Shown here: positions 41,450 through 51,171 of the stretch, piece by piece
Layout: every line of letters starts with the position of its first letter
How positions within the stretch are numbered: position 1 is the first letter of the stretch
Sequence record: DRR723986_639
Reading direction: 5' to 3' (one strand)
Length of the DNA: 59,172 bases
Notes under the pieces: model-generated
Databases searched by the model: none
Told to the model about the DNA's origin: nothing
The model's input: only the letters and a program-made list of their open reading frames with translations
Position numbers and translations under genes: made by a program

Positions 41450-42508
41450 CTATCGTAGCTGCTCAGAAACACCCACATTGTCGCTAGCGATACGATCGTC
41501 GTTCGGCGAAGTCAGTTGTGAAGCCACTTCGAACAACTTTCGTGCGTTGGCGGCAACGTTTGACAATCCATCAATGGCGATCCGCTGAATCGCCCCCGAG
41601 GCGATCTTGATGGATTCACTTTCATCAATTTCGAAGGCTGGTCGGGCTTGTCGCTCACGCCACTGGCGAGCCAAACGCTCGGGGACGAGCAGCATGTCTC
41701 CGCGAGAATTCTCAATCCACGCGTATTGCCCGATCGCGATTGGCTCCGGCGCAACAATCTGAACAGCAGCGTCAGACGCATATTGAACACCCAAATGCAG
41801 CCACAAGTTCTTGCTCAGCAAGCTCGATGCTTCGTTACTGAGTACGGCCAGTTCGAATTGCTCGTATCGGCTTAGCTCGAAAGCGTTAACGTCAGCAATA
41901 GCCGAACGAAAAGCATCCATAGCGATGCATTGTTGTTCTTCGGTCAGAGCCGGAGTGAGCTTCGGAGCAGCTTTCGGTAAGTTCTCATTGAGCGTCAAAT
42001 CGGCGGCGTTCATTTCGTACGGTCGGTACTCTTCGCTGTTGCAGTATTCGTGCTCGACCAACGTAAAGTAGTCGAGGTCAATTTCCGCTTCAACCAGCTC
42101 GATGACGGTTGGAATTGGCGGTTGTGAAGCAATTGCCTTTTGAATCGCGATTTGTGGGCGAGCCGTGAAAAGTTGCGAAAGCGTCTCTTGCGAAAGGAAC
42201 TCGCCGGTCAAGTTGCGATGCGTGGACTTGATAATACTGAAGTTCAACGGGCACTTTAGCCTTACCAAGCTTGCTGAGTGACTTGGTGTGTAGTTGCCGC
42301 GTGCAATGCTTGAGTCAAAGCAATTCGTTCTTGCGGAAGAAGGCAGCAGTGCTGGCGATCCCCAGCTACGATGCCAATCGTGTGCGAAGGAACTTGAACA
42401 AAGCAGCGAAAAGAGGAAGGCTGCCGCTGACAGACGAGTAATCTCGCGTGCAAGCGCAGGGCGGTGGAAGGGTATCATGGCGGGTCTCCAATGGCTGGGT
42501 GAGGCCAT
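41450..42508 (-). CDS. Hypothetical protein, possibly secreted
   Basis: 352-aa ORF with a signal-like segment (LSAAAFLFSLLCSSSFA) and no recognisable motif. The start is uncertain. Confidence 0.65.
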   Translation of the reverse strand: MASPSHWRPAMIPFHRPALAREITRLSAAAFLFSLLCSSSFAHDWHRSWGSPALLPSSARTNCFDSSIARGNYTPSHSASLVRLKCPLNFSIIKSTHRNLTGEFLSQETLSQLFTARPQIAIQKAIASQPPIPTVIELVEAEIDLDYFTLVEHEYCNSEEYRPYEMNAADLTLNENLPKAAPKLTPALTEEQQCIAMDAFRSAIADVNAFELSRYEQFELAVLSNEASSLLSKNLWLHLGVQYASDAAVQIVAPEPIAIGQYAWIENSRGDMLLVPERLARQWRERQARPAFEIDESESIKIASGAIQRIAIDGLSNVAANARKLFEVASQLTSPNDDRIASDNVGVSEQLR

Positions 42509-43284
42509 TTATCGCACCATTTTCGCCGACATCCCTTGCGAGACCGCATGAACACTGGCGACAAGTGTTCTGCAGATAGTTGGTGATCGAGCGGCGACGG
42601 ATTTTGGAGCGGCGCTGGCTCGAACTGGGATGTCGGTACCGGTGCGGAACTGGATTGTATTGGGTTGAAGCTGAGAGTTCTCAACTATCACAATGGCGAA
42701 GGAGCGTACTTGCCGCCGGTGGCATTGAACGTTCTTCGCTATCAAGATGTGGAGCACAGAGGTCGCGTGTGGGATTCGCATGCAGGCTCAGGTTTATCGC
42801 TGGGCCACAGCATTCGTTTACAGTCACTGACTTATCGCGGCAACTCTGTCATCAAGGTGCGTTAAAGGTTATCGATGCATCACCGCTTCACCGGCCAGCA
42901 AAGTCTGCCCTAGCGGCATACTTACCGGTTTGCGGCACCATCTCTGACGTGTGCGCGTCTCGGTCCGGTTTTGACGGATATGTGCCGCTTCGGCCGTCCA
43001 GTCGGCTGAGAAGTTGGCCGCGGCGAGTGGTTTTCTGGCCTGAATTGAATGTCGCGGTCCTGTTCGGCATGGCGTTTGGAGCGACCAGAGACTACCTTTT
43101 GCTATCCTACTAGTTTGACGTTAGCCACTTGTGAGTCAAGACTTACGGGCCAGCGTCACGGTGAGCAAACCGATCCCCACGCGTCGAGGTTGCGGCACCA
43201 AACCGCACAATTCTAGGGATGCAGTTGCCGGCCACGATTGGATACTGAAGTCAAATTCTGACGCAAGTTGTAGTATAGTTTTCC

Positions 43285-45195
43285 GTGTCACCACTCGTTC
43301 AACAGTCTGTAGCATTTCTCGTTATCGTGTTCGTCTTCTTGACGATGCAGATAAAGCGAAATGCGCCAACTGATATCTTGTTCAGCTTGGCTCTGGGCGT
43401 GTATCTCATCTGCGGGATCACACCAGTCGAGAAGGCGTGGGGTGGTTTTGCGAACGAGGCAATCATTGCCATCGCAGGACTCCTGGTCGTCGCTGCGGCG
43501 TTGCGAAACACTGGCGCTTTGGACTTTCTGGGCACCAAGTTGCTCGGTGGTGTTAAGAATGAACGAGCTGGCCTGTTCCGTCTTTCCTGTGTTGTTGTCC
43601 CAGCGAGCGCCTTCCTGCTCAATACGGCCATCGTGGCCATGCTGCTTCCAGTTGTGATAGGGTGGTGCAGACGATTGCACATTTCGCCGTCGCGCGTACT
43701 CCTTCCGATGAGCTATCTCGCGATCCTTGGTGGTACTTGCACACTGGTCGGAACAAGCACCAACCTTGTCATCAACCAACAACTGTCCAAGCTACAGGCT
43801 GATGCGGAAACGCTGCCTGCCCCAGCGCAATGGTCCAGCGACCGGGCGGAGTACAACACTTGGTTAAGCGATCATGGCGATGAACTGCGGCCAATGTGGT
43901 TGTTCGAGATAACTGCCGTTGGACTGCCTTGTGCTCTGGGCGGAGTTCTCCTGATTCTGCTGACATACAAGAAGCTGCTTCCCGAACGAGCGGAATTGCT
44001 GGACAGTCTCGATGACCAGCGACGTGAGTATCTGGTCGAGATGACTGTGAGTGCGAATTGCCCGCTGATTGGCAAGACCGTTGAAGAAGGTGGTCTACGG
44101 AATCTGCCTGGTTTGTTTCTTATTGAGATTGATCGTGACGGCGAAGTGATTGGGCCGGTTGCGCCTCGCGATCGAATCCAAATGAACGACCGCCTAGTCT
44201 TTGCTGGAGTTGTGGCTACCATCGTTGACCTGGAGAAAATTCCCGGCCTGATTCCTGCCGCTGACATCAATTACGAGATTGCTCCGTCTAAGGCGGATGC
44301 TCGGTCACTTGCAGAAGTAGTTTTGAGTCCGTCATCGCCGCTGGTAGGACTGACCATTCGACAGGCCAACTTCCGGCAGCTATACGGTGCAGCGGTGGTT
44401 GCCGTTCATCGCAACGGTCAGCGTTTGCCACGTAAGATCGGTGATATCGAGCTTTCACCTGGTGACACGCTCTTGCTTCAGACGGGACACGGTTTTGTAC
44501 GTTCGTTCCGCAATCGTCCTGACTTTTACTTGGTCAGTGGCGTTGAGGATTCAGGAAGCCGACGACACGACAAATTGGTCCCGTCGCTGCTGATTACCTG
44601 TGGACTTGTGCTGTGGCTACTGCTCCAGCCTTGGCTAAATGAATTAAACCTTCCTGCGGCACTTTGCTCACCACCTGCGGCAATCTTTGTGACCGCACTT
44701 ATCTTAGTTGCAACACGATGTGTACCAGCCTCAGAGGCTCGTCGAGCGATTGATCTGCCCACGCTGGTTACCATTGGTGCGGCGATGGGTATCGGAGTTG
44801 GTTTCGCAGAATCTGGCGCGGCAGAGAGCACCGCAACATTCGTGTCGGGCATCATCGGCAGCTCAGGACAGTCGCTCTACGTCGCGTTGGCGGGGCTATT
44901 TGTCGTGACCATCCTTTTGACTGAGATGATCACCAACATCGCAGTCGCTCAAATGATGTTCTACATTGCCGTCAGTTTGGCGAGTCAGTTTGATGTCAGT
45001 CCGCGTCCCTTTATCATTGCGATAACTCTGGCCGCTTCGTTAAGCTTTATTTCGCCGATTGGCTACCAAACAAATCTGATGGTCATGGGGCCAGGCGGCT
45101 ACCGACCGCGCGACTATCTCAAGGCGGGTTTGCCGCTGAGTATCATGGTTACGGTGATAGCTGTAGTCCTAATTCCAATGATCTGGTCATTCTAA
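43285..45195 (+). CDS. SLC13 family permease with two TrkA-C (RCK_C) domains
   Basis: SAFLLNTAIVAM, LGGTCTLVGTSTNL, two RCK_C repeats (PLIGKTVEE..LRNL; PLVGLTIRQANFR), LTEMITN, SPIGYQTNLMV..PGGY. Confidence 0.9.
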   Translation: MSPLVQQSVAFLVIVFVFLTMQIKRNAPTDILFSLALGVYLICGITPVEKAWGGFANEAIIAIAGLLVVAAALRNTGALDFLGTKLLGGVKNERAGLFRLSCVVVPASAFLLNTAIVAMLLPVVIGWCRRLHISPSRVLLPMSYLAILGGTCTLVGTSTNLVINQQLSKLQADAETLPAPAQWSSDRAEYNTWLSDHGDELRPMWLFEITAVGLPCALGGVLLILLTYKKLLPERAELLDSLDDQRREYLVEMTVSANCPLIGKTVEEGGLRNLPGLFLIEIDRDGEVIGPVAPRDRIQMNDRLVFAGVVATIVDLEKIPGLIPAADINYEIAPSKADARSLAEVVLSPSSPLVGLTIRQANFRQLYGAAVVAVHRNGQRLPRKIGDIELSPGDTLLLQTGHGFVRSFRNRPDFYLVSGVEDSGSRRHDKLVPSLLITCGLVLWLLLQPWLNELNLPAALCSPPAAIFVTALILVATRCVPASEARRAIDLPTLVTIGAAMGIGVGFAESGAAESTATFVSGIIGSSGQSLYVALAGLFVVTILLTEMITNIAVAQMMFYIAVSLASQFDVSPRPFIIAITLAASLSFISPIGYQTNLMVMGPGGYRPRDYLKAGLPLSIMVTVIAVVLIPMIWSF

Positions 45196-45253
45196 GTTGT
45201 ACGCGGGCCGCTGGGCGACCGCCGAAGTACCAAGATAGCGGTTTCTTGATTCG

Positions 45254-46459
45254 ATGCAAAAAAGTGATTTCCTGGTGATTGGTGGTGGCATTGTTGGTCT
45301 GGCGACTGCCCGAGCACTGAGCATGCGTTATTCCGACGCAAGCATATGTGTCCTAGAGAAGGAAGCCGATGTCGCGCAGCATCAATCGGGTAGGAATTCC
45401 GGCGTCCTGCACTCAGGGATTTACTACAAGCCCGGATCGTTGAAGGCCCAAACGTGCCGCGACGGCCGCAGCGCAATGGTTGCATTCTGCGAACAAGAGG
45501 GGATCTCTTTCGAAATTTGCAGCAAGGTGATCGTCGCCACGTCTGAACAAGAGCTTGCCTCCTTAGACAAGATCTACCAAAGGGGGCAAGAGAACGGAAT
45601 CACGTGCCGCAACATCGACCAAGATGAATTGCGTGAGAGAGAACCGAATTGTGCTGGAATCGCGGCCATCCACGTACCATCGTCCGGAATTGTAGACTAC
45701 CCGGCAGTCTGCAGACGGATTGCCGAACGGCTGAAGGACGACGGCAACAGTGTTGAATTCTCTCGAAAGGTCGTCGGTATCGAACGCAGCGGAAAATCCA
45801 TTCACGTCGAGTGCGATGACGGCGAGAAGTTTGAGACGAGCTTCCTGGTTAGCTGCGCCGGATTGCAGAGCGACAGGGTCGTTGAACTCTCGGGACTGAA
45901 GCCTCCGGCCAAGATTGTTCCGTTTCGCGGCGAGTATTATGAGCTGGAACCTGAAGCGCGGACGCTGTGTCGGCACTTGATTTACCCTGTTCCTGATCCG
46001 AACTTTCCTTTCTTGGGTGTCCACTTTACGCGGATGGTTTCTGGCGATGTAGAATGTGGTCCCAACGCAGTGTTTGCACTCTCGCGCGAGGGATACTCGT
46101 GGGGGAAGATTAGCCTGGGTGATGTTGCGGACGCGATTTCGCACCGTGGATTCCGCAGCCTTGCCATGCGGCATTGGAAAATGGGACTTGGAGAGATTCA
46201 TCGTTCGGTGTCCAAGAACGCTTTCGTCAAAGCGCTCCAGCGGTTGATTCCGGCCGTAAGAAACGAACACTTGCGTCCGTGTCGAGCTGGTGTACGTGCG
46301 CAGGCGATGACCGAGAGTGGAGAATTGGTGGATGATTTCCTTTGGGTTAGCGACGATTCGATGCTTCACGTTTGCAACGCCCCCAGTCCCGCTGCGACCG
46401 CATCGCTCGAGATCGGACGACACATCGTTGACCAAATTGAGTCGCAGATTGTCCACTAG
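45254..46459 (+). CDS. lhgO: L-2-hydroxyglutarate oxidase
   Basis: IGGGIVGLATA, HQSGRNSGVLHSGIYY.PGSLKA, PFRGEYY, YPVPDP.FPFLGVHFT, AGVRAQA, NAPSPAATASL. Confidence 0.92.
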   Translation: MQKSDFLVIGGGIVGLATARALSMRYSDASICVLEKEADVAQHQSGRNSGVLHSGIYYKPGSLKAQTCRDGRSAMVAFCEQEGISFEICSKVIVATSEQELASLDKIYQRGQENGITCRNIDQDELREREPNCAGIAAIHVPSSGIVDYPAVCRRIAERLKDDGNSVEFSRKVVGIERSGKSIHVECDDGEKFETSFLVSCAGLQSDRVVELSGLKPPAKIVPFRGEYYELEPEARTLCRHLIYPVPDPNFPFLGVHFTRMVSGDVECGPNAVFALSREGYSWGKISLGDVADAISHRGFRSLAMRHWKMGLGEIHRSVSKNAFVKALQRLIPAVRNEHLRPCRAGVRAQAMTESGELVDDFLWVSDDSMLHVCNAPSPAATASLEIGRHIVDQIESQIVH

Positions 46460-46475
46460 GATTGCAGCCCAAAGA

Positions 46476-47528
46476 GTGATCACCTGCTACCTCGCCTTCG
46501 CCACTCTGAATGGCCTCTTCAGTGCAGTGCTTTGTGCGCAGTCGGTATCGGCTGATAGACGCTCTGCTGACACAGCAGCGGTAGATACTGCGCGGGAATC
46601 AGGTCCGTGGCATGAGCTTCGAATCGACCATCCGGTTCAAGAGCTAGCAATTGATCGCACTTCGGACAGCCATCAGCAGATCCTTCTAGCCGGCGGCGGA
46701 TCGTTGACCAGATTACGATTGCGCGGTGACGCGAAAACTGGCACCGAACATCGGGATGCATCTGTTAAGTTGGTTTCAGAGCCAAGTTGGAAGATTCAGG
46801 ACTTTGCGCATCACCGCGGCGTTAGCTACCTTGCGGGCGCGAAAAATGTCGAATACGGATTTGTGGCAGCCTTCGATCACGCGACGGAGAAGTTCACATG
46901 GCGGTCTGAGGAATTGGACCGCCCGGTGACTCGCATCGCCGTCGGCGACGATACGGTTGTCGTGGCAGGCAGCGATGGCAGCTTACAGACGTTGCGCATG
47001 AAGGACGGTGAGTCGCAGTGGCATACTCGACCACACGCAAAGATGATTACTGCGGTCGATTTAATCGGCGGCGGCCTAATTGCGTCAGGAGATTGGACGG
47101 GCAAAATTGTTATCAGTGATTTGGCTTCGGGGGAGCAACGGGCCATTTTCTCTCAGCATCGCGATTGCGTGACCGACTTGCAGAGGTTGGATTCCCCTGA
47201 AGGTGCGTCGAACCGATCCCCCCTCTACTCCGGTAGCACCGATGGCACGGTCCGACTTTGGTACGCACAACGCCGGCGACTGGTACGATTCGTGTCGCTG
47301 GAAGTTGGCGTTCGAGCAATCGCTTACGCTGGAGAAGACACGCTCTTTGCTGCCACTCGCGATGGCACCATCCGCTTGCTGAATATGCTGGACGCAGAGT
47401 CTGTTGCAGAATTCCCCGCTCCGACTTCGTTTCTATCGGACCTGCTAGAGTGTGGGGATGATTTGGTGTGCTGCGACGGTAGCAATCGAGTATTCTGGGG
47501 TCCGATCAGTGAGTTTTCGCCTCGCTGA
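46476..47528 (+). CDS. WD40/beta-propeller repeat protein
   Basis: Repeats such as IASGDWTGKIVISD, LYSGSTDGTVRLW and FAATRDGTIRLLN. The GTG start at 46476 avoids overlap with lhgO. Confidence 0.75.
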   Translation: MITCYLAFATLNGLFSAVLCAQSVSADRRSADTAAVDTARESGPWHELRIDHPVQELAIDRTSDSHQQILLAGGGSLTRLRLRGDAKTGTEHRDASVKLVSEPSWKIQDFAHHRGVSYLAGAKNVEYGFVAAFDHATEKFTWRSEELDRPVTRIAVGDDTVVVAGSDGSLQTLRMKDGESQWHTRPHAKMITAVDLIGGGLIASGDWTGKIVISDLASGEQRAIFSQHRDCVTDLQRLDSPEGASNRSPLYSGSTDGTVRLWYAQRRRLVRFVSLEVGVRAIAYAGEDTLFAATRDGTIRLLNMLDAESVAEFPAPTSFLSDLLECGDDLVCCDGSNRVFWGPISEFSPR

Positions 47529-47559
47529 CGTCCATCAAGGCAAGCTGCACAGAATTGAA

Positions 47560-47730
47560 ATGCCGCACCAGAACCCGTACCAACCAGCCGCCGGAGAACC
47601 GTCGCCGCTGAGAGACTCACCACGATCGCACAGGTCAGGCAACTCAATCCGCAACGCTCTGGCGTTGATTGTTCTAATGCTGTTTCTGATTTCTCTGGCC
47701 TTCCTTTTCCTGAGTCTCGCCACGAACTAA
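47560..47730 (+). CDS. Small single-TM protein with N-terminal NPYQP motif
   Basis: MPHQNPYQP... followed by one C-terminal hydrophobic helix. Confidence 0.55.
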   Translation: MPHQNPYQPAAGEPSPLRDSPRSHRSGNSIRNALALIVLMLFLISLAFLFLSLATN

Positions 47731-48080
47731 CTCATTCCTGAAGCGTATCAATCCAGAAAGAGCGGTCCGTTTGCAGGCTTGAAACAGCCATGTTGGGTAA
47801 CTGATCGCGTTCAGGCGGTGATCTTTGGGTGCCGAGGTTGGCGGGCGTAGCTATAATCTTTGAAAGTTCATCTTTCGGCGCGAGGGCGTTTATTTCGCCA
47901 AATGCGGTGGCTATTCCGCCGGGATGCCCGATCCAATGTGTGGCAAGAGCGACATGAATTTTGCTTAGACCCGCTCGCGCCCGTTCCTGCGGTCGAGTGC
48001 CGAAGGAATGGACTTCGAGGGCACACTTTTTGCAACTAGCCTGACTTGAGCAGCAGGTCTCAAATCGAAAACAACCAACG

Positions 48081-49232
48081 ATGTCAAGGAAAACGAACGT
48101 GAAGAAGCTATCCCTGTTCGCTGTACTTCTTGCGGTAGCGCTCTCCCCCATCACTTCGCAGGCGGATGAGGCGCAAACTGTCCAAGCAGAAAAGAAGGCG
48201 AAGATCTCGAAGAAAGAGTACCGCGAGATGATCGCCTCTTCGGTCACATACCTTCGAGAGAAAGGGCAAGCCGAGGACGGTTCATTCACTGGTAGTCGTG
48301 GTATTGGCCCAACCGGTTTGGTGATGAGCGGTCTACTGGCAGTTGGCACTCCAACAGACGATCCGATGGTTGCTCGCGGGCTGAAATATCTGGTGAAGCA
48401 CGTTCAACCGACCGGTGGCATCTACACCCTGGACAGCAACCATCGAAACTACGACACATGCATCGCAATCATGGCGTTTGTCAAAGCCAACAAGGACGGC
48501 AAGTACAATGCCGTGCTGAAGAAGGCGGAAGCATTTGTAAAGGGCCTGCAGTGGGACGACACCGAGGGGAAGACTGAGGACGATCCTTTCTTCGGGGGAG
48601 CTGGCTACGGTTCACACTCGCGCCCGGACCTATCCAACACGACTTTTCTGATCGAAGCTCTGCACGAACTGGGCAATGGTAGTGAAGACGCAACAATGAA
48701 GAAGGCGCTGACGTTTGTCTCGCGCTGCCAAAATCTGGAAGGAGCCAACGACTCTGAGTTTGCCGACAAGATCAACGACGGCGGCTTCTACTACACTGTG
48801 GCGGCCGGCGGTGAGAGCAAAGCTGGCGTTGAAGAGAACGGCGGCCTCCGCAGCTATGGCTCAATGACTTACGCAGGACTCAAGAGCATGATCTACGCTG
48901 GCGTTAGCTCCGACGATGATCGTGTAAAGGCTGCCGTAAAGTTCCTGCAGAAGAACTATGACCTGGAGTCCAATCCAGGTATGGGCGAGCAGGGCCTTTA
49001 CTATTACTACCACACGATGGCCAAGGCGCTGAGCGCGTTGGGTGCCGACGAATTCAAGAGCACTGACGGCACGACCCACGACTGGAAAGCCGAGTTGGCG
49101 GCCAAGCTTCACGCAAAACAAAACGAAGACGGAAGCTGGACGAACCCGACAACTCGCTGGATGGAGGGCGATGCAAACTTGGTAACCGGCTACGTTCTAA
49201 TGGCACTGCCTTATTGCGAACCTGCCGAGTAG
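48081..49232 (+). CDS. Prenyltransferase/squalene oxidase repeat-containing secreted protein
   Basis: Signal peptide; QW-like repeats QAEDGSF, QPTGGI, NDGGFYY and QNEDGSW; RPDLSNT. No DxDD cyclase motif recognised. Confidence 0.85.
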   Translation: MSRKTNVKKLSLFAVLLAVALSPITSQADEAQTVQAEKKAKISKKEYREMIASSVTYLREKGQAEDGSFTGSRGIGPTGLVMSGLLAVGTPTDDPMVARGLKYLVKHVQPTGGIYTLDSNHRNYDTCIAIMAFVKANKDGKYNAVLKKAEAFVKGLQWDDTEGKTEDDPFFGGAGYGSHSRPDLSNTTFLIEALHELGNGSEDATMKKALTFVSRCQNLEGANDSEFADKINDGGFYYTVAAGGESKAGVEENGGLRSYGSMTYAGLKSMIYAGVSSDDDRVKAAVKFLQKNYDLESNPGMGEQGLYYYYHTMAKALSALGADEFKSTDGTTHDWKAELAAKLHAKQNEDGSWTNPTTRWMEGDANLVTGYVLMALPYCEPAE

Positions 49233-49287
49233 TAAGTCACGACTTGGAGTCTCAATTGCTGCCAGGCGAACCGAAGCACGGCGTCGC

Positions 49288-51018
49288 TTAGGCGATGCTC
49301 AACAGTTGGGCGTCTGCAGCACCGACTAGCAAACCAACCTGGCGAGACATCTCGTCTTGCCAACTTGGCGGTTGGATTCGAAATGCGGTCGTGTAACGTG
49401 TGATATCCAAGCGGCAATTTGCAGGCGAAGGCGTCTGAGCAAGCTCCGCCAAGCGTTTGCCTTTCAACTGCGCGACGATTGGCACACAGTGCTGTCGACA
49501 CAAGCTTGCGATGAAGTCGCCGACCTCTAATCGGTTTGCAAATCCAAGCGTCGTCAGGTTGTAAAGCCCGCCGCTAGCTTGCATCCAGTCGCCAAGGCCC
49601 GCTCGGCCGATCGGACCAGCGAGTTGATCGACAATGGTTCTAGCAAGCCAATCTGTGCTGGTCGGTGATCCGTAGCAATCCTTTGTTAGAGCGATTGAGG
49701 ACCGGTAGGTCATCAAGTCGATCAAGTTCTGCACAAAGTTGTTTCCGTGTGACGAATACAACCAGCCGGTTCGAACCACCATTGCGGGGCAGCGAGCTGC
49801 GAGTACTGCCTCGGTTCCGCGGAGCTTGGTTAGCCCGTATTGATTCATCGGAGCCGCCGCGTCCGTCTCTTTCCAAGGGCTTTCGCCGGTCCCGGAGTAG
49901 ACTTTGTCGCTGCAAAAATGCAGCATCGACGCGCCGACTTTTTCAGCTTCGGTCGCCATGATCGCTGGAGCGTTGGCGTTGATACTCTGTGCCAGACGCG
50001 GGGCCGATTCTACAGCGTCCACGTTTGTCATGGCGGCGGCGTTGACGATCAGCGTAGGTCGTGTACGACGGATAACGTCTCGAATGCTTGCCGGTCGCCC
50101 AAGGTCAACTCTCATTGGCATCGGAAAGACACTCATCGAGGAAGGCGTTTTGCACGCGCCGATGACGCGTCCCACCTTTCGAAAGTGCTTGCAGAGATCC
50201 TTGCCAAGCTGTCCAGTGCTACCAAACACAAGAATGGTCGGCTGGCTCTTGCTCTTCCTGCTGCTTGTGCCTGAAAGCGGCGTGGAGATTCGATGCGGCT
50301 TGTTGTTCAGCACGGCAGGATTGTCTTCTTCTTCACGCGTGGCTTCGGTATGGCGTCGAACCGTCAAGCTGACGGTATCTTCGCCGAAAACATCACTGCG
50401 GGATAGTTCGTTGACGGTGTCATGTTTATCGGCATCTTCGATTTTGGCGACTGGCATCTGCTGTTCATCAACGCTTGTTCGTTGATCTTCGGCCCACCAA
50501 TCAATGGTCGTCGGGCCGAGGCAATCGTAAGCGTGTGCGATTCCGTCTTCTTCCAACACTTCTTCGACGCCAAGTACACAGCCAACCGGAAGTGGCCAGT
50601 CGACGTCCAAATCTTCGTCGTCGGGTTCGAGAAAATAATGAGCGGCCGAACAGCCTGTTTCAACTAATGCGTACTCGGAAATCGCCTGCCACCCAAGTGC
50701 GAATCCCTCCGGTGCAGTCCATGTTTCTCCGGGAGACGCAGTGGCAGCGAAGCGGCTCCAGCGTCCAAAATCCGCACTGTCCGCACGCATGTCCGCAACG
50801 ACTAGCTCGACCTCTCCTTCGAGAATACGAACCGTGCGACAGCTACCATCGTGACTGAACGAGAGAGGCTGCGTTGCAGCTTGTTCGACAAGCCGTCGTT
50901 CCACCCGCCATGCACTGCCGGATCGCTTGGGGCGGACATGACTCCCGGACTTGTGAAAGATGCGACCAACTGTCGGGAATTCGGCGAGATGATTGTCTGT
51001 ATAGATTACCGTGTTCAT
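49288..51018 (-). CDS. Fusion of a degenerate RmlC-like cupin and an RmlD-like dTDP-4-dehydrorhamnose reductase
   Basis: N-half: GEVELVVADMRADSADFGRW...PEGFALG. C-half: GSTGQLG, IVNAAAMTNVDAVES, YGLTK, RTGWLYS. ATG at 51018 with upstream GGAGGAG. Confidence 0.82.
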   Translation of the reverse strand: MNTVIYTDNHLAEFPTVGRIFHKSGSHVRPKRSGSAWRVERRLVEQAATQPLSFSHDGSCRTVRILEGEVELVVADMRADSADFGRWSRFAATASPGETWTAPEGFALGWQAISEYALVETGCSAAHYFLEPDDEDLDVDWPLPVGCVLGVEEVLEEDGIAHAYDCLGPTTIDWWAEDQRTSVDEQQMPVAKIEDADKHDTVNELSRSDVFGEDTVSLTVRRHTEATREEEDNPAVLNNKPHRISTPLSGTSSRKSKSQPTILVFGSTGQLGKDLCKHFRKVGRVIGACKTPSSMSVFPMPMRVDLGRPASIRDVIRRTRPTLIVNAAAMTNVDAVESAPRLAQSINANAPAIMATEAEKVGASMLHFCSDKVYSGTGESPWKETDAAAPMNQYGLTKLRGTEAVLAARCPAMVVRTGWLYSSHGNNFVQNLIDLMTYRSSIALTKDCYGSPTSTDWLARTIVDQLAGPIGRAGLGDWMQASGGLYNLTTLGFANRLEVGDFIASLCRQHCVPIVAQLKGKRLAELAQTPSPANCRLDITRYTTAFRIQPPSWQDEMSRQVGLLVGAADAQLLSIA

Positions 51019-51171
51019 CAAATGCACTCCTCCATGAGGCATAGGGTGATTTCGTCGCGGGCAACGAAACCATCTGTTCCGGCACCAATTAGCGTGTATT
51101 GCCGTGGAGTATATCCAGTTGCGGCGTTTCACCCAACGGCGATATCGACGACCACCCGCCAACTACCAACG

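Noticed and set aside
43192-43210. Sigma-54 promoter-like CGGCAC...CGCA upstream of the SLC13 permease
   Set aside because: The GG-to-GC spacing is one base short of the strict -24/-12 requirement.
45563-46483. 306-aa - strand ORF
   Set aside because: Antisense shadow of lhgO.
48081-49232. Squalene-hopene cyclase call
   Set aside because: Too short (single barrel), secreted, and lacking a recognisable DxDD catalytic motif.
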